NCBI GenBank assembly: GCA_028749205.1
Contig: JAQULR010000008.1
Coordinates: forward strand, 2,672 to 66,671
Length of the DNA stretch: 64,000 nucleotides
Direction: 5' to 3'
Origin: Acidobacteriota bacterium
GTDB lineage: Bacteria; Acidobacteriota; Aminicenantia; Aminicenantales; Saccharicenantaceae
Position numbers and translations under genes: made by a program. The first letter of the stretch is position 1, and every line of letters starts with the position of its first letter. Positions 18,786-27,908 of this stretch are shown here, in pieces. The notes below the pieces were generated by a model that worked only from the letters and a program-made list of their open reading frames with translations, was not told where the DNA came from and did no database searches.

Positions 18786-20273
18786 TTAGAAGCAGAATCT
18801 AAAACCTAAGCCCATCTTGTGATGGTTTTCGAAATTCCTGCCAATGGGTGCCCGGAACTCAAAGAATAAATGACCCATCCTTAAATAATTGTTAAAAAGG
18901 CTAACCCCAAGCTGACCGACTGCATCAGCACCGCTCTTTCTGTCATAATTGTCCAGTTCCTTAGTGGTAAAGCCAGGCCCAACTCCAAGGTAGAAGCTAC
19001 CAAAGTGAACGTTTGCCAGAAGTTCGCCCATTATGATGGTCTTCCAGGGATCACCTTTAAGTGGAATTCCCGCCCCAGCGGTCAGAGTTAAGCTAAACTT
19101 ATCTGGATTTAACCAGAGGAAGAAACCGGGTCTGATATACAAGTAGGCAACATAATCAGGCAAATCATAATCTTCTCCACCGTGAGCCAGCATCGGGCCA
19201 AATTCAATCAGTCCAAAGAATTTTTTCCGGGTAACATTGATACTCTTTCGGGAGTCTTCGGTAGTCGCCGAAACTGCTCCGTCGTTATCATAAGCTGTGG
19301 CAGAAATAGTATAGGTTCCTTCCTTATAAACAACCTTTTCCCAGGTGAAAGGCTTCTCAGTAGCAGTGAAAGAATCGATTACTTGACCGTCAGGATCAGT
19401 TAGCTCAAAAACCAATCTGCTTACCTGGCCATCCGGATCGGAAGAACCAGAGGCATCAAAAGTTAAGGGACGACCCACAGCATTTTTGCAATCAAGACAA
19501 CTGGGAACCACCATGGCTACTGGAGGATAGTTGATATAGACCTTACCTTCACAAGGATTAGTTGATGCTTTATTTTCAAGATTGAAGGCTGTGCCCTTGA
19601 ACACATATTCACCAGGTTTGTCCAGCTTGGTCTGCCACCTGGCGGCTTCAGGAGTCAGGTCCTTGGTGGCGACTTTATTGCCTTGCTTGTCAAAAACTTC
19701 AACTTTCATACTTTTGGCATTCTGAGTGCCGCTCATATCAACTGTTATCGGGTCATTGATGTTGGCTTTAGCGGGACTAACATTCAAGGAACAGATAGCC
19801 GGTGGGATTTCTTCTACCATACCTTTTAAGGCGATGTTTCCACAAGGCTTGGGAATAATAAAAGTATAGGTCTTGTATCCTTCCTTAACTTTAATAGCGA
19901 AAACCTCAACCGGTTTTTTACCCGCCCATTCTAGCTTCTCGGTAACCTTTAGCTTTCCGCCCGATCTAAAAAGCATCCACTCAACAGTCTCGCCAATTTC
20001 CCAAGTTGTATCTTCAAACTGGGCAGCTTTTAATTGATCTATAAAGGGCTGATAAAGATTTCCATAACCAGCCATCTCAAATCCGATTTTGATATCTGCA
20101 GAATAACGATCTACCAGCATTTTCATGACTTCAGGTGTAGGGATAGTTCCTCTTACCCTGGCAAAAGTATAGCGGCCAAGGTTGTCAATTTTCTTAGCTT
20201 GGGCCAAGGCCTCAACTGAAAAAACCAGCACCAGCACTAAAAGCATAAATATAACTATCTTCTTACTTTTCAT
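18786..20273 (-). CDS. secreted multidomain protein: novel N-terminal domain + Ig-like + PKD-like domains + small C-terminal beta-barrel
   Basis: Signal peptide ending ALAQA. PKD-like FDASGSSDPDG...YTISATAYDNDGA. About 145 C-terminal residues form roughly eight amphipathic strands and end in GFRFCF. SD GGAGG is present. Confidence 0.7.
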   Translation of the reverse strand: MKSKKIVIFMLLVLVLVFSVEALAQAKKIDNLGRYTFARVRGTIPTPEVMKMLVDRYSADIKIGFEMAGYGNLYQPFIDQLKAAQFEDTTWEIGETVEWMLFRSGGKLKVTEKLEWAGKKPVEVFAIKVKEGYKTYTFIIPKPCGNIALKGMVEEIPPAICSLNVSPAKANINDPITVDMSGTQNAKSMKVEVFDKQGNKVATKDLTPEAARWQTKLDKPGEYVFKGTAFNLENKASTNPCEGKVYINYPPVAMVVPSCLDCKNAVGRPLTFDASGSSDPDGQVSRLVFELTDPDGQVIDSFTATEKPFTWEKVVYKEGTYTISATAYDNDGAVSATTEDSRKSINVTRKKFFGLIEFGPMLAHGGEDYDLPDYVAYLYIRPGFFLWLNPDKFSLTLTAGAGIPLKGDPWKTIIMGELLANVHFGSFYLGVGPGFTTKELDNYDRKSGADAVGQLGVSLFNNYLRMGHLFFEFRAPIGRNFENHHKMGLGFRFCF

Positions 20274-20308
20274 CTACCTTACCTCCTTTTATTATTTTCA
20301 GCCATTTT

Positions 20309-20337
20309 ATTAAATAAAAAAAACTTTCCTTTGTCAA
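20309..20337 (-). promoter_or_regulatory. putative sigma70-type promoter of 18786..20273
   Basis: Minus strand reads TTGACA-N17-TTTAAT, about 36 nt upstream of the ATG. Confidence 0.35.
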
Positions 20338-20440
20338 GGAAATAATCTATTTCGTCCCTCTATTATTGGATTAAAACTCAACTAAATTTTCCGCCAACAA
20401 TCAGAACTGAACTCTCGATCCCAGCCTATTCGGTTTCTTC

Positions 20441-20475
20441 TTTTCTACTTTTCTACCAGATTTTCTATTTTTCTA
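20441..20475. repeat. four copies of TTTTCTA arranged as (TTTTCTAY)2-CAGA-(TTTTCTAY)2
   Basis: Copies start at 20441, 20449, 20461 and 20469. The array sits directly 3' of the stop of 20480..21943 and about 105 nt upstream of the putative -35 of the next paralog. Confidence 0.5.
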
Positions 20476-20479
20476 TTGC

Positions 20480-21943
20480 CTAAAAATTATATCTCAAGCC
20501 GACAGCCATCTTATGGCAATCTTCAAAGTTGCGACCGAGTGGAGCCCGGAATTCAAAGTAAAGTTGCCATAAGCTAAGGTATTTATTTGATAGAGTGAAA
20601 CCAACCTGACCTAAGGCATCTACTCCAGCTTTGCGGTCGACATGCTCTTTAGTCATAAAACCAACCCCGACCCCTGTAAACAAAGGTCCGAAGTGTAGAT
20701 TGCCCACTAAATTAGCCGTAATTACTGGTTTCCAAGGCTGACCTTCAAAAGGCATGGCAGCTCCGCTGGTAAAGACTAAACTGGTTTTGTCTGGCTTAAG
20801 CCACAAAAACATCCCGGTCCTTAAAAAGCCAAAAACCTCATAAGAAGAACTATGAACTAGCAGTGGACCTACCTCGGCTGAGATGAAAAAGGTTTTTCTG
20901 GTAACTTTAAAAGTCTTTTTGGAATCGCTTGTAGCCGTGGAAGCAGCTCCATCATTATCATAGGCCGTGACCGAAATAGTATAGGTTCCTGGATCATAAA
21001 TAGTTTTTTGCCAGACAAAAGGCCGTTCTGAATCAACAAATGAATCTATCACTTGTCCATAAGAATCGGTTAACTCAAAAACGATTCTGGCCACTTCTCC
21101 GTCCTGATCAGAAGAACCAGAGGCATCAAAGTTCAGGGGCTGGCCAACCTTTTCCAGGCAATTAAGACAATCTGGGACCACTACAGCCGCAGGTGGATAA
21201 TTAATGTAAACTTTTGCCTCGCAGGGGTTAGTTGAAGGTCGGTCGGCATAATCTATAGCCATAGCCTTAAATAGATATTCGCCCCCTTTATCCAGCTTGG
21301 TCTGCCATTTAGCTGCCTCAGGGGTCAGTTCTTTACTTATGATCTTGTTGCTCTGTTTATCTAAGATATCCACTATCATCCTTTTGGCATTCTTGGTACC
21401 ACTCATATCAACTGTTATCGGGTCGCCGATATTAGCTTTGGCAGGAGATACCTGAATCGAGCAGATAGCTTCAGGAATCTCTTCCACCTCATCTTTAAGT
21501 GCTATATTGCCGCATGGTTTAGGGATAATGAATGTGTAGGTCTTGAATCCCTTCTTAACCTTAACTGCAAAAACATCAACAGGCTTTTTCCCAGCCCATT
21601 CTACTGGACCGGTTACTTTTATTTTCCCTTGAGACCGGAAGAGCATCCATTTAACAGTCTCCCCAACATTCCAGGTAGTATCCTCAAACTCAGCCATTTT
21701 TAGCTGATCGATAAAGGCCAGGTAGATATCCCCATAGCCAGCCTGGTCAAATCCATATTTGATATCGCCGGCATATCTATCAGCCAACATCTTCATGACT
21801 TCAGGCGTAGGTATCTCTCCTCTGACCCTAGCAAATGTATATAAACCCATTGAAGTAAGTTTTTTCACTTGGGCCGAGGTCTGCACAACGATGATTAAGA
21901 ACATCATAATAGCAAGCAGCGCCATTACTTTCTTTTTTTTCAT
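20480..21943 (-). CDS. paralog of 18786..20273 (N-terminal domain + Ig-like + PKD-like + C-terminal beta-barrel)
   Basis: Collinear with the downstream paralog along its full length; I judge it well over half identical by eye. Examples are YTFARVRG.IPTPEVMKML and FDASGSSD.DG. It ends in GLRYNF. The ATG at 21943 is preceded by GGGAGG; the GTG at 21949 is the alternative. Confidence 0.7.
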   Translation of the reverse strand: MKKKKVMALLAIMMFLIIVVQTSAQVKKLTSMGLYTFARVRGEIPTPEVMKMLADRYAGDIKYGFDQAGYGDIYLAFIDQLKMAEFEDTTWNVGETVKWMLFRSQGKIKVTGPVEWAGKKPVDVFAVKVKKGFKTYTFIIPKPCGNIALKDEVEEIPEAICSIQVSPAKANIGDPITVDMSGTKNAKRMIVDILDKQSNKIISKELTPEAAKWQTKLDKGGEYLFKAMAIDYADRPSTNPCEAKVYINYPPAAVVVPDCLNCLEKVGQPLNFDASGSSDQDGEVARIVFELTDSYGQVIDSFVDSERPFVWQKTIYDPGTYTISVTAYDNDGAASTATSDSKKTFKVTRKTFFISAEVGPLLVHSSSYEVFGFLRTGMFLWLKPDKTSLVFTSGAAMPFEGQPWKPVITANLVGNLHFGPLFTGVGVGFMTKEHVDRKAGVDALGQVGFTLSNKYLSLWQLYFEFRAPLGRNFEDCHKMAVGLRYNF

Positions 21944-21978
21944 AACCACACCTCCCGAAAAGCTATTCTACTAGGTGT

Positions 21979-22007
21979 TTAATAAATAAAAAGTTATAAG
22001 ATGTCAA
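21979..22007 (-). promoter_or_regulatory. putative sigma70-type promoter of 20480..21943
   Basis: Minus strand reads TTGACA-N17-TATTAA. Confidence 0.35.
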
Positions 22008-22069
22008 GAAGAAATTAAATGTCCGGGATAAATTTACTTTTGTTAAAAATCTCATTTTAGATCTCGGTT

Positions 22070-22078
22070 CCCCCCCCC
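22070..22078. repeat. C9 homopolymer tract in a 348-nt non-coding gap
   Basis: ggttCCCCCCCCCat. This is the only long G/C homopolymer I noticed in an AT-leaning window. It lies about 60 nt upstream of the putative -35 of the paralog gene. Confidence 0.6.
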
Positions 22079-22297
22079 ATTCATTCTGTTTTTCTTCAAG
22101 TTCAGCTTGAAAATGGCTGGATTAGTCCTGATTAACTTACGCTGGTCATGATTAATGCTACTGACCAGACCTTTAGGTTTGATACCAGGAGCTAAGAAGA
22201 AAACCGGGTTGGCAATAAAGCAGATTGAACTTAGCTATTTTGATTAGACCAGATTAACATCAATTATAGGATAGCCAGCTTCTTATAAGGCCCGGGA

Positions 22298-22978
22298 TTA
22301 TAAATCAACAAAGTTTTGGCAGATTGTCTTAATCCAGCCATCATCTTTGGCCTGCTGCCTCAGAGTCTTACTTATAAGATCAGCTCCAGGAAAGCCCTTG
22401 TCCAGCATTCCCTGAAGAAGCTGCCTGGCAGAATCAGGGTTGATTTCAGGGTGGGCTTGGATTCCCCAAAGGCGTTCTCCTTTGAGGCGGAAGGCTTGAA
22501 TCTGGCAATCCCTGCTTCTGGCCAAAACTTCAAAGGTGCTCTCATCAAGATCGATGATTTCATCATAGTGAGAGGAAAAAACAAAGTGATTCCCCTTCTC
22601 CCCGATTAACAAGTCATTTTTCAGAATTTCTATCTCAATCCAACCGATTTCAGGTCGCTCAGCTCTTCTAACATATTCAGGGCCACCTAAGCTTAAAGCC
22701 AGCAGCTGATGGCCATAACAGCTTCCCAGTATTGCTAGTCCTCTATCCAATGCTTCTCTTATTAACTCAGTTTCAGGCTGAACCCAGGGATGAAAATCGA
22801 CTATAGAAGCTTCAGAACCGGTAATGATAAGATGAGTATAGTCATTCTCAAGATCTGGCAGGTATCCGTCTGCTACTCTGAAGGCCTCAACTGGAAGGTC
22901 GAGCCAGGCAGACCAGTGTTCAACTGGATTATAGATATCAGGCCAAAGTGAATTGTCAACTATTGCTATTTTTTTCAA
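22298..22978 (-). CDS. class I glutamine amidotransferase-like protein
   Basis: Nucleophile elbow GSCYGHQLLA and the IQAHPE His-Glu motif. Confidence 0.8.
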   Translation of the reverse strand: MKKIAIVDNSLWPDIYNPVEHWSAWLDLPVEAFRVADGYLPDLENDYTHLIITGSEASIVDFHPWVQPETELIREALDRGLAILGSCYGHQLLALSLGGPEYVRRAERPEIGWIEIEILKNDLLIGEKGNHFVFSSHYDEIIDLDESTFEVLARSRDCQIQAFRLKGERLWGIQAHPEINPDSARQLLQGMLDKGFPGADLISKTLRQQAKDDGWIKTICQNFVDL

Positions 22979-23115
22979 TGATCACCTTTATTCTAATATT
23001 CTAAAAAATAAGTTGAAATTATAGTAAAAATCAGGTAAAAAAAACAGGTTGATGATGAATTACTATTTTAGGCGATAATTGTTCTTTGTGATATTATAAA
23101 AAAAGGAGAGCCAAA

Positions 23116-23511
23116 GTGAACGTGGTTAAAAATGAAACTGAACTACATGTTATCACCCCCAACGAACCTGGAATTTTCGGCCGAGTTCTGGGAACTCTGG
23201 CTAATGCTGGTATCAACCTTAGAGCCTATTGCATTAGTTCTAAAAAAGACCGGGGCCATTTTCTGCTGGTTACCTCGGACAATAAAAAAGCTGAGGTAGC
23301 CCTCAGAGCTTTGGGCTATAAAATTAAAGTTACCAATGTGGTTACGGTTGAAGTAACTGATCGGATTGGAGTCGGGGCAGAAATCGGTGCTCTCCTTGGA
23401 AGTGCTGTAATAGATATTAAATATTCTTATGGTTCTTCAGTTAGCGGAGGAAGAACGCTTTTAGTCTTCAAAACCAGCAACAATAAAAAAGCTGTGAAAA
23501 CTCTACAATAG
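23116..23511 (+). CDS. ACT domain-containing protein
   Basis: 131 aa. GTG start preceded by AAAGGAGAG. Two beta-alpha-beta-beta-alpha-beta-like halves (EPGIFGRVLGTLANAGINL, DRIGVGAEIGALLGSAVIDI). Confidence 0.65.
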   Translation: MNVVKNETELHVITPNEPGIFGRVLGTLANAGINLRAYCISSKKDRGHFLLVTSDNKKAEVALRALGYKIKVTNVVTVEVTDRIGVGAEIGALLGSAVIDIKYSYGSSVSGGRTLLVFKTSNNKKAVKTLQ

Positions 23512-23692
23512 ATTTTAATCAATCAAGAAAGTCTAGAATATAATCTACCTATCAGGACAGAAAGGTAGTCTTCGCTGGCTGGCGAAAATTCACAGGAAGA
23601 AGTTGTTTGTTTTTTTATTTGTTGAGCTAAGGGGCTCTAAGGATTTATATAAACGCCTTACAGCTGGCCAAATGTCAGACAGATCAGCAAGC

Positions 23693-25432
23693 TCAGACTC
23701 TTAGAGCTCCTTTCCTGGCTGAAAATGTCTTGACAAATAGGAAGACTACCCCAGCCGTCAGCCCCAACAATAATAGGTCAGCCACCATCAGGACATAATT
23801 TTTGGTTGTTAAGTAATTTCTTAATAAGATAAAAAGTGCAGCTATAGTGGTCACAAGCATAAATATACCTGGGACTAAAGTAAACCAGTTTTTCCTCTTC
23901 CTCAGCAAAAGCCAGGCCGAAATCGCAAACAGGGTTAAGGCTGCCAGCAGCTGATTGGCCGTCCCAAAAATCGGCCAGAGGACGTTAAAGGCGTTGGAAT
24001 AACCAAGGGCCCACATCAAGAGCACCGCTATTCCAGAATTAACCCAGAAATTTTTGAGCAGCCGCGGTGGATTTTTAAGTATAATGGGCCAGAGTTCTTC
24101 CAAAAGGTACCTGTTAAGGCGCACAGCCGCATCAAGGGTAGTAACCACAAACCCCTCTACCATTAAAATACCAAAAACTGTTCCGAGAGCCACCGGGATC
24201 CCAAGGCCAAGATTAAAAAGGTGACCTGCAGCCAGAGAAAAGGCCAGAATTGGATTGGATTCTCCAGCCGGGTCAACTGGCCAGACAATAGACTTATAAT
24301 CAGAAAAACCAAGCCCGGCCCCAACCGCCAGAACCACGGCCACCGCCAGAACAGATTCCAGCAACATAGCGTTGTAGCCTACCCGCCGGGCTTCTTTTTC
24401 ACTGGCCAGTTGTTTAGAAGTGGTCCCACCAGCAACCAAAGCATGAAAACCTGAAATAGCCCCACAAGCTATAGTGCAAAACATCATAGGCCAGATTAAA
24501 CCGAGGCTCCGGGCACCTTCTTGAAGGTTAAAAGCTGGTAAAGAGACTCTTAATCCATTAAAACCAGTGCTGATGACGGATAATAGCAGCAGGATTATTC
24601 CACCATATAGAATCTGGACATTAATAAAATCTCTTGGTTGAAGAATTACCCAGACTGGAATTCCGGCAGCCACTAGAACATAAAGGGAAATTATTATCAT
24701 CCAGATCCTGGGGCTTAGAGTAACTGGATAGTGTATCCCGGCAATGATTGAAGCTACTCCTACTGTCAGAGCCAAAATATAGGCTAAGCTTATTTTCATG
24801 TTCTTTTTGTAAAGCAGCCAGCCCAGAATAGGAGAAAAAAGGGTGATAATGATGACCGAAGTTGAAGCAATTCCTCCTATCCGGCCCATTGCCACCCCAT
24901 CTATAACCACGGTTTTCAAGAAAGTTTCACCCTCTTTGACTCCGATTTTGGCTAATGGCCAGAGCGAGGTTAAAGATACAGCTGAAGCATTTAAAAAAGA
25001 CGAGGTAACCAGAACAATCATAATTATGGTAAAACCAATGAACAGCTTAAACCCCGTCCTCCCAAGAGTGCGTCTGGCCACTTCAGCCATGGACCGCCCT
25101 CCCTCTTTCATACTTACAAACAGGGCAGTAAAATCATGGACAGCTCCGATGAAAATTCCACCCAGGACGATCCATAACCAGGCCGGAACATAGCCATACA
25201 GAAGCGCCATAGTTGGCCCCAGGATAGGCCCGGCACCGGCAATAGCTGAAAAGTGATGAGCAAAAACTATATAATTTTTTGTTGGAACAAAATCCCGGCC
25301 ATCATTGTAAGCTACTGCCGGGGTGGTTCCTCGAGGATCTTCTCCAATTTCCCTGGAAATGTATCTGGCATAAAAGCGACCAGCCAGGAAGAAAATAATT
25401 AGGGCTACAAATAGCAGAAACAAGACATTCAT
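23693..25432 (-). CDS. cstA: carbon starvation protein A (peptide/pyruvate transporter family)
   Basis: Polytopic membrane protein with the FAHHFSAIAGAGPILGP signature. I chose the ATG at 25432, preceded by GGAGG; the GTG at 25444 is the alternative. Confidence 0.9.
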   Translation of the reverse strand: MNVLFLLFVALIIFFLAGRFYARYISREIGEDPRGTTPAVAYNDGRDFVPTKNYIVFAHHFSAIAGAGPILGPTMALLYGYVPAWLWIVLGGIFIGAVHDFTALFVSMKEGGRSMAEVARRTLGRTGFKLFIGFTIIMIVLVTSSFLNASAVSLTSLWPLAKIGVKEGETFLKTVVIDGVAMGRIGGIASTSVIIITLFSPILGWLLYKKNMKISLAYILALTVGVASIIAGIHYPVTLSPRIWMIIISLYVLVAAGIPVWVILQPRDFINVQILYGGIILLLLSVISTGFNGLRVSLPAFNLQEGARSLGLIWPMMFCTIACGAISGFHALVAGGTTSKQLASEKEARRVGYNAMLLESVLAVAVVLAVGAGLGFSDYKSIVWPVDPAGESNPILAFSLAAGHLFNLGLGIPVALGTVFGILMVEGFVVTTLDAAVRLNRYLLEELWPIILKNPPRLLKNFWVNSGIAVLLMWALGYSNAFNVLWPIFGTANQLLAALTLFAISAWLLLRKRKNWFTLVPGIFMLVTTIAALFILLRNYLTTKNYVLMVADLLLLGLTAGVVFLFVKTFSARKGALRV

Positions 25433-25800
25433 CCTCGCCTCCACCAGAGAAACAAAGGAAAAAAATTAGATTGAGATATACCACATCAACTATCGAAAAT
25501 CAAAACTAAACTGATAGATTAAAACATAGCTTGGATGGTAAAAAATTGTAATGAAATGAGGCAACCATTCTATTCTGAGTATGTCTAGAAATCTGAATTA
25601 TTCATAAATATACCAGATTAATAGGCTTTATTTATATAGCTCGAGTATCTTACCGAGAGAATCAGGGACGAAAACCTGAAAACAGGGACATGATAAGATT
25701 TTCTCAGGTACCGGAAAGCTCTGTCCATTAGTTTAAGTATGGCTGGTAACCCCTTATAAGCTTTCGGAGCACGGTTTTTTGAATAAGGCAGCAAATTTAT

Positions 25801-25829
25801 TTGACAAAGCTTTTGCTTTGCAATAAAAT
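25801..25829 (+). promoter_or_regulatory. near-consensus sigma70 promoter upstream of exbD-like gene
   Basis: TTGACA (25801-25806), a 17-nt spacer, then TAAAAT (25824-25829). AAGGAGG SD follows, with the ATG at 25860. Confidence 0.55.
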
Positions 25830-25859
25830 CATTTCTCAAAAGATATTAAGGAGGAGAAT

Positions 25860-26246
25860 ATGGCAAAAGCAGAACCTAATGTCGTTCCTCTTTGTGATGT
25901 TTTACTCGTCCTGTTGATTATCTTCATGGTGATTACACCCATGGTGCAGGTCGGCATTGATGTCAAATTGCCTGAAGTCCAGGCTGAGACTAAGGGCAGT
26001 ACTGACCCCAATGTTATTGTTCTGACTATAAAGACAAATGACCAGGTCGAACTTCAGAGAAATCCCCTTGAATTAAGAATGCTTCTTGAAGAATTGCGAC
26101 GCGTCTTCGCAGCCCGCCAGGATAAGACCATTTTTATTCGAGCTGATGCCCGGTTGCCTTTCAGCAAGGTAATGGAAGTCATGGACATTTGTAAAGGGGC
26201 AGGAGTCGAGACCCTGGCTATTATTCCCGAAAAATTCGAAGAATAA
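25860..26246 (+). CDS. ExbD/TolR family biopolymer transport protein
   Basis: 128 aa. N-terminal NVVPLCDVLLVLLIIFMV TM segment and a periplasmic domain (FIRAD...PF..VMEVMD) typical of ExbD/TolR. Confidence 0.8.
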   Translation: MAKAEPNVVPLCDVLLVLLIIFMVITPMVQVGIDVKLPEVQAETKGSTDPNVIVLTIKTNDQVELQRNPLELRMLLEELRRVFAARQDKTIFIRADARLPFSKVMEVMDICKGAGVETLAIIPEKFEE

Positions 26247-26349
26247 AATTTTAGTTAAAATTTATTTCTTTTTTAATTTATAAACAAATCAGTCTGATTT
26301 TTTTAATACGGGTTTTTTTTTCAACTTCTATTCTTTTTGAGTTTAAGGT

Positions 26350-27504
26350 TTATTTCTGAATGATGGGGCCAATAACTTCTCGCGAAATGACCAGACGTTG
26401 AATCTCATTAGTTCCTTCATATATCTGCAAAAGCTTGGCATCCCTGACCAATTTCTCAGCCGGATAATCCTTCATATAACCATAACCGCCAAGAATCTGC
26501 AAAGCTTCCAGAGAAGCCCACATGGCCAGATCAGAACCAAAGCATTTAGCCATAGCTGAATTGAGGCCACAGGAAAGCCCGCTATCCACCATCCAAGCTG
26601 CTTTCCAGACCAGTAACCGGGCTGCTTCGATTTCCATAGCCATCTGGGCAATCTTAAAGGCATTGGCCTGAAAAGTAGCAATAGGCTGTCCAAATTGGAC
26701 CCTGGTTTTAGCATAGTCGACAGCTAGTTCCAGAGCCGCTCTGGCCAGCCCGACTCCAGCAGCTCCTACTGCAGATCTGGTCCGGTCAAAGGTCCTCATA
26801 GCTATCAAAAAACCTGAACCAACCCGTCCCAGCATATTTTCAGCTGGAACCCGGACATCTTCGAAAAATATCTCAGCGGTGTTAGAAGCCCGGTGACCCA
26901 TTTTATCTTCGATTTTTCCGACGGATATTCCTGGAGTCTCTCTAGGCACCATAAAGGCAGAAATTCCCCTGGCACCCTTTTCCGGGGCGGCATTAGCAAA
27001 AACCACATACAGGCTGGCCACCCCACCATTGGTGATAAAGCATTTAGACCCGTTTAGAACATAATCTGAACCCTCTTTTCGGGCTATGGTTTTAATGGCT
27101 GAAGTATCAGACCCTGCTTCTCTCTCTGTCAAGCAATAAGACGCAAAAGCCATCTTCTGGCTAAATGGCGTCAAAAATTTTTTCTTTTGGTCTTCAGTTC
27201 CATACAAAATTATCGGAGTAAAAGCTAAAGAGTTGGCCATCATGGTGGTATACATTCCAGCGCAACCCCAGGCTAATTCTTCTGAAATTATGGCCATCTC
27301 CAGGTCAGTTAGGCTGCCGCCACCGTATTCTACTGGTACATTACAGGTCAAAAACCCAGCCTCAAAAGCTTTTTTCATAACATCTTCAGGAAATTTCTCT
27401 TCCCGGTCATAAAAAGCAGCTTTAGGTCTCATCTCTTTCTCGGCAAAAGAGTGAGCCATTTCCTGTAAAGCTTGCTGCTCTTCGGTAAGCTCAAAAGAAA
27501 TCAC
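26350..27504 (-). CDS. acyl-CoA dehydrogenase
   Basis: CLTEREAGSD, FITNG and QILGGYGY...YEGTNEIQRLVI motifs. GTG start preceded by GAGAGG. Confidence 0.9.
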   Translation of the reverse strand: MISFELTEEQQALQEMAHSFAEKEMRPKAAFYDREEKFPEDVMKKAFEAGFLTCNVPVEYGGGSLTDLEMAIISEELAWGCAGMYTTMMANSLAFTPIILYGTEDQKKKFLTPFSQKMAFASYCLTEREAGSDTSAIKTIARKEGSDYVLNGSKCFITNGGVASLYVVFANAAPEKGARGISAFMVPRETPGISVGKIEDKMGHRASNTAEIFFEDVRVPAENMLGRVGSGFLIAMRTFDRTRSAVGAAGVGLARAALELAVDYAKTRVQFGQPIATFQANAFKIAQMAMEIEAARLLVWKAAWMVDSGLSCGLNSAMAKCFGSDLAMWASLEALQILGGYGYMKDYPAEKLVRDAKLLQIYEGTNEIQRLVISREVIGPIIQK

Positions 27505-27908
27505 CTTGCACCTCTCAAATTAGATTTAACAAATCCAAAACGACGAGGCTTTTATAATGAATTAGCCCCTTTTTGTCAACCTTCTTATTTACCCACGCTT
27601 TTGGCTGATAAACCCCCATCCTGTTATCAATAAGTCCATGCTTTAAACTGATATATGTTTATTTGGAAAAAGCTACCAGCCCGACCATTTTTTAAGAAAT
27701 AAAGTTAGGTTGTTTTATCGAGTTTCTCAGGTAACTTTCTTAGCTACCTCAACAGCGGCTGGCCGCTTCCAGTATTCAAGTTCTTGAGCCTTTCTGATAG
27801 AAACCGGTAGTCTCGATAGTTTAGGAACCTGAAAATGGTTGAAAAAAAGCGGACTTTCTATTATATAAAGAATCCTTGTAATAAAATTATTCAGAAAGGA
27901 TTCATAAT

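Noticed and set aside
25618-26011. ORFs 25618..25839 (-) and 25829..26011 (-) in and next to the cstA/exbD intergenic region.
   Set aside because: Neither has an SD upstream. The first overlaps the near-consensus exbD promoter and the second is antisense to exbD. I recognised no motifs in either.
26286-26320. Weak hairpin AAATC-AGTCT-GATTT plus T-runs after exbD, as a possible terminator.
   Set aside because: The stem is only 5 bp and all A/U. A termination function is plausible but not supportable from sequence alone.
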